Positions 10,301-22,300 of a stretch of 64,000 nt of DNA are shown here, piece by piece (position 1 is the first letter of the stretch; each line of letters starts with the position of its first letter). Position numbers and translations under genes: made by a program. The notes under the pieces are model-generated. The model ran no database searches. It was not told the DNA's origin and saw nothing but the letters and a program-made list of their open reading frames with translations. This DNA is from Paragordius varius (taxonomy: Eukaryota; Animalia; Nematomorpha), in the NCBI GenBank assembly GCA_964247055.1, contig OZ176051.1, positions 3,906,001-3,970,000 of the forward strand. The letters are read 5' to 3'.

Positions 10301-13300
10301 TAAAACGCAAATGGTATATAATCTGATTACTTATATACAATGCAGCGATTAAATTTTAAATAACGAGTTGTTAACCTTTTCTGTGACAATCTGGTGTGCA
10401 ATATTGTAATTAAAAATATTATACCATTATTTTCTCGTCTGTTTGGATAAAAACTTTACGTTGATTATTTTGCATACATCAAGTTATCTATATAAGGTTC
10501 ATTTTATTTAGTAATATTTTATTAATATCAGAAACAGAAATCAAGAAAAAATTAGTTATATCTCAACAAGATAGAAAGCGATTAGTAAAACGAGTTTTTT
10601 TTGATGGAGAATGGACTGTGGATGTATCAAAGGATTTAGATATAAACTATAATACTGCTCGTCAAATTATGTATAAATATAAAAAAAACAATAGTTCAGA
10701 AATTCTAACTCGTGGAGGCACTAAAAACAAAAAAATTACGGAAGATATTATGCATTTCATAGATAATAAACTAACTTATCAGCCGTCATTAACAATTAAC
10801 CAGTTAAAAAATTTTTGGAAGATGAAAAATAAAATTATCTAAATCCTCTATAGACCGAGTAATCAAATCTTTAAAAATAACTTTGAAGTTAGCCCATCAT
10901 CTTAATGAAAAAGTCAATGATCCTCAAATAAAAGATTTAAGGAAAAAATACGCAATATGGTTTTCACAATCTTTCTCCGATGACTTAACAAATATTATTT
11001 ATTTGGATGAATGCGGTTATAATAACCATATTAGAAGAAGCCAAGGTCGATCCAAAAGTGGCACGAGAGCCAATATTGTGGTGTCTAGCGTAAAATGCAG
11101 AAACATCACTTTTATTGGAGCTCTGTCATTAAGAGGTATGGTTTATTACGAAATAGAAAGCCAAAGAACAGTCAATTCTCAACGCTTTACAAGTTTTTTT
11201 GATGGACTTTGTGAATATTTAAAGCGAGGCGATATTTAATATCATTTTATTATGGACAATGCACGGATTCACAAAAAAAATGAATTAAAAGGTAGAGCCG
11301 ATTTATACAAATACAAAATTGATTTTTTGTCCCCGTACAGTTATATGTTGAACCCAATCGAAATGGCATTTTCAATAATGAAAAATTTTGTCCGACAAAA
11401 TATTATATTAAACAATATGAATGCGAATGTGGAATTAGTGAATCTGATAAAATTGGCAGCGGGCTCCATAACATCGGAGGATAGCAGAAATTATTTTGAA
11501 AAGATAATGACAAATATGGTAAAGGCGGCAGCCGGTCTACCTTATATGTGATCTTTTTATAACATATACAATAAATGAAAACCATTTTTTAATATATTAT
11601 CTAAATTTGTCTCTTTAATAAAATCAAACAATGATTGATTTATTCAGGTATATTTGGTAATAGTTCAACTTTTTAAAAATAAGTCATTAAAGATTGTGTT
11701 GTGGAATATATGGGAAAAATTGTCATTAAATAATTGTGTTTTTTGCAAAATTTTATCCTAATACTAGCGTGAATCTCGTGCTGCTACGCAGCCCGAGGAA
11801 GTCCTTCGGACTTCTGGGGGGGGGGGGGGGGGTTCGAAGTTTGGATTTGAATGGGTCTACCGTTTTTCCTGTAGATCACAAAGCCAGCATTTTCCATTTT
11901 TATAAATATATAGATTACCATAAATAATGTTTTAATATCCATATATCTTTTAACATGCTATACATATGATAGATACTCCTTACTCAGCAGCTATCATCAA
12001 AGAAACGCTTGACTAAAATTTTTGCCTTTTAACAGGCCCTACGAAAAATCTTTCTCGAATTTTTACAGTCTCATACCGTGGACAAAAAAATACAATCAAA
12101 AAAATATTTTTGTGGACTTTGTTTTTTTTGAAAAAAATGGCTTTTACGGGGGGAGCGGGTAAAAAGAGGGCCTAAATCAAAAAAGTGACGCGACTATGTT
12201 CGGCGCAATCGAAAATAAGTAAACAAAATTGATATTTGAAATTGAATGGTCCAACACGTTCTCCGAAAAATTGACTTAACCCAGTTTTCACACGGGGTGG
12301 GCCCAAACTGGGGACCTAATTCCAAAAAAGGGCGAAGCTATTGTCGGGGCATTCATTAATGATTATATTTTTTCGATGTTTGGATTTGAATGGGTTCACC
12401 GGTTTTCCGGAAACAGATCACAAAGTTATATGAAAAATCAGTTTTTAGCGGCTAGCTCCTTACCCAGCAGCTATCATCAAATAAACGGTGGACTAAAATT
12501 TTTGCCTTTTAACAGGGAATACGTGGAATCTTTATTGAATTTTTAAGGTCTCATACCTAGGGCGAAAAATCGATTTAGAAAATTATTTTTGTGGACTTTG
12601 TTTTTTGAAAAAAATGGCATTTTACGGGGGGAGCGGGTAAAAAGAGGGTCTAAATCAAAAAAGTGGCTCGACTATGTTCGGCGCAATCGAAAATAAGTAA
12701 ACAAAAATCATATTTGAAATTGAATGGTCCAACACGTTCTCCGGAAAATTGTCTCAAAAACACGATTTTGTGGACTTCTGTTTTCAAAAAAAACCCGTTT
12801 TTCATACGGGGTGGGCCCGAACTGGGGGCCTATTTCAAAAAAAGGGCGAAGCTATTGTCGGGACATTTATTAATGATTATATTTTTTCGATATTTGGATT
12901 TGATTGGGTCTACCGGTTTTCCTGTACCAGATCACAAAGCCAGCATTTTCCATTTTTATAAATATATAGATGAGGATAAATAATGTATTAATATCCATAT
13001 ATCTTTTAACATGCTATACATATGATAGATACTCCTTACTCAGCAGCTATCATCAAAGAAACGCTTGACTAAAATTTTTGCCTTTTAACAGGCAATACGA
13101 AAAATCTTTCTCGAATTTTTACAGTCTCATACCGTGGACAAAAAAATACAATCAAAAAAATATTTTTGTGGACTTTGTTTTTTTTGAAAAAAATGGCTTT
13201 TACGGGGGGAGCGGGTAAAAAGAGGGCCTAAATCAAAAAAGTGACGCGACTATGTTCGGCGCAATCGAAAATAAGTAAACAAAATTGATATTTGAAATTG

Positions 13301-16300
13301 AATGGTCCAACACGTTCTCCGAAAAATTGACTTAACCCATTTTTCACATGGGGTGGGCCCAAACTGGGGACCTAATTCCAAAAAAGGGCGAAGCTATTGT
13401 CGGGGCATTCATTAATGATTATATTTTTTCGATGTTTGGATTTGAATGGGTTCACCGGTTTTCCGGAAACAGATCACAAAGTTATATGAAAAATCAGTTT
13501 TTAGCGGCTAGCTCCTTACCCAGCAGCTATCATCAAATAAACGGTGGACTAAAATTTTTGCCTTTTAACAGGGAATACGTGGAATCTTTATTGAATTTTT
13601 AAGGTCTCATACCTAGGGCGAAAAATCGATTTAGAAAATTATTTTTGTGGACTTTGTTTTTTGAAAAAAATGGCATTTTACGGGGGGAGCGGGTAAAAAG
13701 AGGGCCTAAATCAAAAAAGTGGCTCGACTATGTTCGGCGCAATCGAAAATAAGTAAACAAAAATCATATTTGAAATTGAATGGTCCAACACGTTCTCCGG
13801 AAAATTGTCTCAAAAACACGATTTTGTGGACTTCTGTTTTCAAAAAAAACCCGTTTTTCATACGGGGTGGGCCCGAACTGGGGGCCTATTTCAAAAAAAG
13901 GGCGAAGCTATTGTCGGGACATTTATTAATGATTATATTTTTTCGATATTTGGATTTGATTGGGTCTACCGGTTTTCCTGTACCAGATCACAAAGCCAGC
14001 ATTTTCCATTTTTATAAATATATAGATGAGGATAAATAATGTATTAATATCCATATATCTTTTAACATGCTATACATATGATAGATACTCCTTACTCAGC
14101 AGCTATCATCAAAGAAACGCTTGACTAAAATTTTTGCCTTTTAACAGGCAATACGAAAAATCTTTCTCGAATTTTTACAGTCTCATACCGTGGACAAAAA
14201 AATACAATCAAAAAAATAAAAAAGTGACGCGACTATGTTCGGCGCAATCGAAAATAAGTAAACAAAATTGATATTTGAAATTGAATGGTCCAACACGTTC
14301 TCCGAAAAATTGACTTAACCCAGTTTTCACACGGGGTGGGCCCAAACTGGGGACCTAATTCCAAAAAAGGGCGAAGCTATTGTCGGGGCATTCATTAATG
14401 ATTATATTTTTTCGATGTTTGGATTTGAATGGGTTCACCGGTTTTCCGGAAACAGATCACAAAGTTATATGAAAAATCAGTTTTTAGCGGCTAGCTCCTT
14501 ACCCAGCAGCTATCATCAAATAAACGGTGGACTAAAATTTTTGCCTTTTAACAGGGAATACGTGGAATCTTTATTGAATTTTTAAGGTCTCATACCTAGG
14601 GCGAAAAATCGATTTAGAAAATTATTTTTGTGGACTTTGTTTTTTGAAAAAAATGGCATTTTACGGGGGGAGCGGGTAAAAAGAGGGTCTAAATCAAAAA
14701 AGTGGCTCGACTATGTTCGGCGCAATCGAAAATAAGTAAACAAAAATCATATTTGAAATTGAATGGTCCAACACGTTCTCCGGAAAATTGTCTCAAAAAC
14801 ACGATTTTGTGGACTTCTGTTTTCAAAAAAAACCCGTTTTTCATACGGGGTGGGCCCGAACTGGGGGCCTATTTCAAAAAAAGGGCGAAGCTATTGTCGG
14901 GACATTTATTAATGATTATATTTTTTCGATATTTGGATTTGATTGGGTCTACCGGTTTTCCTGTACCAGATCACAAAGCCAGCATTTTCCATTTTTATAA
15001 ATATATAGATGAGGATAAATAATGTATTAATATCCATATATCTTTTAACATGCTATACATATGATAGATACTCCTTACTCAGCAGCTATCATCAAAGAAA
15101 CGCTTGACTAAAATTTTTGCCTTTTAACAGGCAATACGAAAAATCTTTCTCGAATTTTTACAGTCTCATACCGTGGACAAAAAAATACAATCAAAAAAAT
15201 ATTTTTGTGGACTTTGTTTTTTTTGAAAAAAATGGCTTTTACGGGGGGAGCGGGTAAAAAGAGGGCCTAAATCAAAAAAGTGACGCGACTATGTTCGGCG
15301 CAATCGAAAATAAGTAAACAAAATTGATATTTGAAATTGAATGGTCCAACACGTTCTCCGAAAAATTGACTTAACCCATTTTTCACATGGGGTGGGCCCA
15401 AACTGGGGACCTAATTCCAAAAAAGGGCGAAGCTATTGTCGGGGCATTCATTAATGATTATATTTTTTCGATGTTTGGATTTGAATGGGTTCACCGGTTT
15501 TCCGGAAACAGATCACAAAGTTATATGAAAAATCAGTTTTTAGCGGCTAGCTCCTTACCCAGCAGCTATCATCAAATAAACGGTGGACTAAAATTTTTGC
15601 CTTTTAACAGGGAATACGTGGAATCTTTATTGAATTTTTAAGGTCTCATACCTAGGGCGAAAAATCGATTTAGAAAATTATTTTTGTGGACTTTGTTTTT
15701 TGAAAAAAATGGCATTTTACGGGGGGAGCGGGTAAAAAGAGGGCCTAAATCAAAAAAGTGGCTCGACTATGTTCGGCGCAATCGAAAATAAGTAAACAAA
15801 AATCATATTTGAAATTGAATGGTCCAACACGTTCTCCGGAAAATTGTCTCAAAAACACGATTTTGTGGACTTCTGTTTTCAAAAAAAACCCGTTTTTCAT
15901 ACGGGGTGGGCCCGAACTGGGGGCCTATTTCAAAAAAAGGGCGAAGCTATTGTCGGGACATTTATTAATGATTATATTTTTTCGATATTTGGATTTGATT
16001 GGGTCTACCGGTTTTCCTGTACCAGATCACAAAGCCAGCATTTTCCATTTTTATAAATATATAGATGAGGATAAATAATGTATTAATATCCATATATCTT
16101 TTAACATGCTATACATATGATAGATACTCCTTACTCAGCAGCTATCATCAAAGAAACGCTTGACTAAAATTTTTGCCTTTTAACAGGCAATACGAAAAAT
16201 CTTTCTCGAATTTTTACAGTCTCATACCGTGGACAAAAAAATACAATCAAAAAAATATTTTTGTGGACTTTGTTTTTTTTGAAAAAAATGGCTTTTACGG

Positions 16301-19300
16301 GGGGAGCGGGTAAAAAGAGGGCCTAAATCAAAAAAGTGGCTCGACTATGTTCGGCGCAATCGAAAATAAGTAAACAAAAATCATATTTGAAATTGAATGG
16401 TCCAACACGTTCTCCGAAAAATTGACTTAACCCATTTTTCACACGGGGTGGGCCCAAACTGGGGACCTAATTCCAAAAAAGGGCGAAGCTATTGTCGGGG
16501 CATTCATTAATGATTATATTTTTTCGATGTTTGGATTTGAATGGGTTCACCGGTTTTCCGGAAACAGATCACAAAGTTATATGAAAAATCAGTTTTTAGC
16601 GGCTAGCTCCTTACCCAGCAGCTATCATCAAATAAACGGTGGACTAAAATTTTTGCCTTTTAACAGGGAATACGTGGAATCTTTATTGAATTTTTAAGGT
16701 CTCATACCTAGGGCGAAAAATCGATTTAGAAAATTATTTTTGTGGACTTTGTTTTTTGAAAAAAATGGCATTTTACGGGGGGAGCGGGTAAAAAGAGGGC
16801 CTAAATCAAAAAAGTGACGCGACTATGTTCGGCGCAATCGAAAATAAGTAAACAAAATTGATATTTGAAATTGAATGGTCCAACACGTTCTCCGAAAAAT
16901 TGACTTAACCCATTTTTCACACGGGGTGGGCCCAAACTGGGGACCTAATTCCAAAAAAGGGCGAAGCTATTGTCGGGGCATTCATTAATGATTATATTTT
17001 TTCGATGTTTGGATTTGAATGGGTTCACCGGTTTTCCGGAAACAGATCACAAAGTTATATGAAAAATCAGTTTTTAGCGGCTAGCTCCTTACCCAGCAGC
17101 TATCATCAAATAAACGGTGGACTAAAATTTTTGCCTTTTAACAGGGAATACGTGGAATCTTTATTGAATTTTTAAGGTCTCATACCTAGGGCGAAAAATC
17201 GATTTAGAAAATTATTTTTGTGGACTTTGTTTTTTGAAAAAAATGGCATTTTACGGGGGGAGCGGGTAAAAAGAGGGCCTAAATCAAAAAAGTGGCTCGA
17301 CTATGTTCGGCGCAATCGAAAATAAGTAAACAAAAATCATATTTGAAATTGAATGGTCCAACACGTTCTCCGGAAAATTGTCTCAAAAACACGATTTTGT
17401 GGACTTCTGTTTTCAAAAAAAACCCGTTTTTCATACGGGGTGGGCCCGAACTGGGGGCCTATTTCAAAAAAAGGGCGAAGCTATTGTCGGGACATTTATT
17501 AATGATTATATTTTTTCGATATTTGGATTTGATTGGGTCTACCGGTTTTCCTGTACCAGATCACAAAGCCAGCATTTTCCATTTTTATAAATATATAGAT
17601 GAGGATAAATAATGTATTAATATCCATATATCTTTTAACATGCTATACATATGATAGATACTCCTTACTCAGCAGCTATCATCAAAGAAACGCTTGACTA
17701 AAATTTTTGCCTTTTAACAGGCAATACGAAAAATCTTTCTCGAATTTTTACAGTCTCATACCGTGGACAAAAAAATACAATCAAAAAAATATTTTTGTGG
17801 ACTTTGTTTTTTTTGAAAAAAATGGCTTTTACGGGGGGAGCGGGTAAAAAGAGGGCCTAAATCAAAAAAGTGACGCGACTATGTTCGGCGCAATCGAAAA
17901 TAAGTAAACAAAATTGATATTTGAAATTGAATGGTCCAACACGTTCTCCGAAAAATTGACTTAACCCATTTTTCACATGGGGTGGGCCCAAACTGGGGAC
18001 CTAATTCCAAAAAAGGGCGAAGCTATTGTCGGGGCATTCATTAATGATTATATTTTTTCGATGTTTGGATTTGAATGGGTTCACCGGTTTTCCGGAAACA
18101 GATCACAAAGTTATATGAAAAATCAGTTTTTAGCGGCTAGCTCCTTACCCAGCAGCTATCATCAAATAAACGGTGGACTAAAATTTTTGCCTTTTAACAG
18201 GGAATACGTGGAATCTTTATTGAATTTTTAAGGTCTCATACCTAGGGCGAAAAATCGATTTAGAAAATTATTTTTGTGGACTTTGTTTTTTGAAAAAAAT
18301 GGCATTTTACGGGGGGAGCGGGTAAAAAGAGGGCCTAAATCAAAAAAGTGGCTCGACTATGTTCGGCGCAATCGAAAATAAGTAAACAAAAATCATATTT
18401 GAAATTGAATGGTCCAACACGTTCTCCGGAAAATTGTCTCAAAAACACGATTTTGTGGACTTCTGTTTTCAAAAAAAACCCGTTTTTCATACGGGGTGGG
18501 CCCGAACTGGGGGCCTATTTCAAAAAAAGGGCGAAGCTATTGTCGGGACATTTATTAATGATTATATTTTTTCGATATTTGGATTTGATTGGGTCTACCG
18601 GTTTTCCTGTACCAGATCACAAAGCCAGCATTTTCCATTTTTATAAATATATAGATTACGCTGATAATGATTAAAAGTTATTTTTGTATCTTGTTTTGAT
18701 ATTTATTATCAAAAATAAAACCGTTTTTATTGACTGGGAAAAGGTTTTTATTGCTTGGGAAAACGTTTTTATTGCTTGGGAAAACGTTTCAATTGACTGG
18801 GAAAACGTTTCAATTGACTGGGAAAACGTTTCGATTGACTGGGAAAACGTTTTGATTGACTGGGAAAACGTTTCGATTGACTGGGATAATGTTTCGATTG
18901 ACTGGGAAAACGTTTCCATTGACTGGGAAAATGTTTCGATTGACTGGGAAAACGTTTATTTAGACTGGGAAATGGTATATATATATATATATATATATAT
19001 CTCATATGATATTTATATTGGTATATTCTTTAAAAAATTATTTTTTTATTCCTATAAAAACATATGCTGACAATGACTCCTATATATACTTTGCCAGAGC
19101 GCTTTCTTTTCCTAATAGATTATTATTTAAAGTTCATATTTTAAACCTAACTAAATATTAAATTATGATGGCTTCTGTACGCTTTTTTAGACTTTTATCC
19201 GTCCAAAAAAATATTTCACAATTAATATAAAAAACGGTTTATTATATTACCTAAAATTTCCAATTTTTTGTAATTTAGATTCTTTTGCACAAAAAGAAGT

Positions 19301-22300
19301 ATCAAAAATAGTACCTAACACCCCGATACTCCCTGTGTTAAAAGGACCACCCCTCTTTAGAAATGACAGCAGTTTTCGTTCTTCAACTAATGCATTAAGC
19401 TCTCCAAAATTACCTTCATCATCAACTACATCCCTTTTAACCCGGGAAATTTTTAATTCAACTTTTGGAAATAATTCAAATTTCAAAGAACCGGAGTTTG
19501 CATCATCGAATGAAAAATCGATGATAGTATCGTCTGTTTTGAATTTAAATACCACTTCCCATTTTAGTACAACTGTACCAAAATCATTAGCAAATGAAAC
19601 TTTTAGTAATGGGGGAAACATTATAATTAATGTAATTACACCTAATCCTCAACAACAGCCATCTAACATCGATGGAAAACAATCGTCTGAGACGGATGTT
19701 TTAGATTCTAAAGAAACAATTGAAAAGACTAATGTAAAGACGGAAAAAACTTTACAACAAAGTTTGCTGATATCAACATTTGAAAAGTCTATCACAACTG
19801 CTATGCAAGAAATGACTCAACATATACAACGTCTCACGGAAAATTTTGAAAAAACGCTAACATCTAATACGGACATGATAAAAAGTATGGTTGAAACTAA
19901 CGCGAAAACACTCCAAACCCAATCCCAATTAACGGCTGCAGTTAAGGCTAATGATGAATTGCTCAAAGACATATTGGTAAAAAAATTATAAATTTTTATT
20001 AAGCTTTTTTAGGAGAAGATGTAAAGATTTACAAGCAATATAAAATTTATTTGGTTTTATAAACATGAGTGGACAATTATATATTGGCATAGGGGATAAT
20101 GTTATCCTTTTCAAGCGCATTTATTTAAATATCTAATTAAGTTTGAGATCAATTTTATTTGGTATAAGTTGATGTCTGTATATAATTAATAACATTTAAC
20201 TTTTGTTAAAGTTTTCATTATTTTTTATAATTTTAGGTTCAATTAAATAATTTGGCTTTATCGCAACAAAGTACACATGCCCAAATTGATATGTTACGTA
20301 CGCAGCCATTATCCCACAGATATTTTCCCAATAATTTAATGAATATGAATACAAATACACCCATCGATTATAATCAAATGCAACAATCCATGTTAATGTG
20401 GCAAAACCAACATTTTCAAACACCACAACCTTTACCTGGCCTTTATAACGCTAATTTACTCTATGATCAAGGTATATATAAAAATCCTGTGATGAACATA
20501 TCATAATATATATTTGATAAAATTTACATTATTTTAGATCGTTTGTCGAATTAATTGTTTAATAATGTAAAAATTTAAAAGTCTAATAGTTAATGTAATC
20601 TATGGGTACAAGCGGAGAACCGCTGCTTTTGACTATCTTTAAACAATTCAATACCAATACATATATATATTAAAATAAACTACGATAATTTAATATTAGA
20701 TAGTGTTTTTATGATTATATTCCGACTTTTAATTATATATATAGCAGATGAATTTTAAACAGTTTCAGGCCAAGATCATTTGAAAAAATAAATGCATATA
20801 TTTTAAATTATTTCAAAAATATGGTGTATAACAAATTCTCATATGGTGATTTTATGGTAAGGTATATAAGCCTTTTTTATATCACTTTATAGCAAATAAC
20901 TACCTTCCCAATAATATTAATAATGTTATATGGTCATCACATCTCAATGCTAACAAGAACAGTAGTAAGGATATAAACATTAGCAATATTCCTCCTAGTT
21001 TACCACAAACTACTATTAACATGATACCAGATTCTCAGTCTATCAAACATACATCTACCATAGATTTTAACTTTGGAAATACATCTGTACCAATTACCAC
21101 ATCATCTATGTCGAGTAGTACAAAAATCCTTACAAATAAAACCTCAAACAGTTCTCATCATAATAATAGCAAACTTTCTTTTGCTTATCCAAGCACAGGA
21201 GGTGGTTTTGCAGGATCTAAGTCAGCTGTTTTGACTCCGACTTTAAAGGGTTTATTTATATTTTGTTTTTTTTGGGATTTTAAAGTTCAGTTTTAAAAAC
21301 GGTTAAAATTGAATAATAACTGATTTGACTGCGTCCATGAATGTAGTTTCTGTCCTAATATTTATAATACCTTTTATCTGATAACTCGGAAATTTCATAT
21401 AAATTATATGGAATGTTTATTATATTAACCCCTGACCATAAGATAATGTCTTACCGTCGATATTCATTTTATATCAATTTGATTAATATATGTTGCAAAT
21501 TTTTTCTGGTTATTATTTAAAGCGGTCTCATCATTTTTACCGTTATTGTAAATTAATAATAATTTTTATTACTTTAAAATCAAAATGTTGAATATAGGGC
21601 ATAGTTTTAGCGAATCACACGATTTAGATGAGAATGATGTTGATGAATCCCTTCAACAACTTGAAGATGAACAATTATCATTGGCTAAATTACCTGCTTT
21701 TTCTTTCAAACCTTTCAATGAAATTAAGGTAAACTTTTTATTTTACGGATTAATTAAAATGTAGAATTTTAGGTTTTATACTAAAGTTTCGGTTTTCATT
21801 AATATTAGGTAATAAAATTATTGTTCTTCCTAAAAATTATACAGTGATCCAAACATTTAACTAAGCCTAGATTTTAACTCTGTGATTACAAACCATATAT
21901 ATTATATTTATAAATATTAATGCCCGTATTTTTAATCAAAAAATTTTATCCATTGAAAAATATTTATTATTTTTGTTTATATTTTTTTTGTATTTTTCCC
22001 TTTTCAATAGGTATCATCTCCGTCTGACCTTAAAACAACTACAAAATCTCAAGAAAAACCTCAACAGCTGATTTCTGTAGCGAAAACATTTAATTTAAAT
22101 AATTTTGAACAAATACAGAATCAAGATTTACAAAAAGTTCATTCTTCTGAAGAGTTGAATGAAAGTGATACGAGTGATGAATACAGCCAAACGTAATATG
22201 AAACAATTATTATTTTGTTTTGATTTTTATATCATTTTAAGAATTAAATTTTTAAATTTTAGTTATTATTTGCTATGTTTTTAAGTTTTATATAAACTGG

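Larger units (their letters stand above)
8242..18975. mobile_element. Composite foldback-like Tc1/IS630 element (two fused copies, 8242-~9706 and ~9707-18975) in RanBP2 intron 8
   Basis: The outer ends are exact inverted repeats (CCATTTCCCAGTCTAAATAAACGTTTTCCCAG...CTGGGAAAACGTTTATTTAGACTGGGAAATGG) flanked by TA inside (TA)n. There are four ~300-480 bp arms in L-R-L-R order, and diagnostic variants pair arm 1 with 2 and arm 3 with 4. Confidence 0.85.

Noticed and set aside
11873-18674. Repeated 106-, 84- and 70-aa ORFs in the tandem array
   Set aside because: By-products of a non-coding repeat. They have no recognisable domains, overlap in several frames and are broken in the paralogous monomer.
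8242-18975. CRISPR-like or peptide-repeat reading of the 21-bp arrays (IDWENVS / ETFSQSI ORFs)
   Set aside because: The units are directly adjacent with no unique spacers and there are no cas genes in this eukaryotic context. The period is a multiple of 3, so open frames arise trivially. They are transposon subterminal repeats.
19977-20020. Possible 36-nt intron followed by a micro-exon (GAGAAGAT) in RanBP2
   Set aside because: The 8-nt exon breaks the frame, whereas direct joining of 19976 to 20237 is in frame. If RNA supported it, it would be a downstream short intron.
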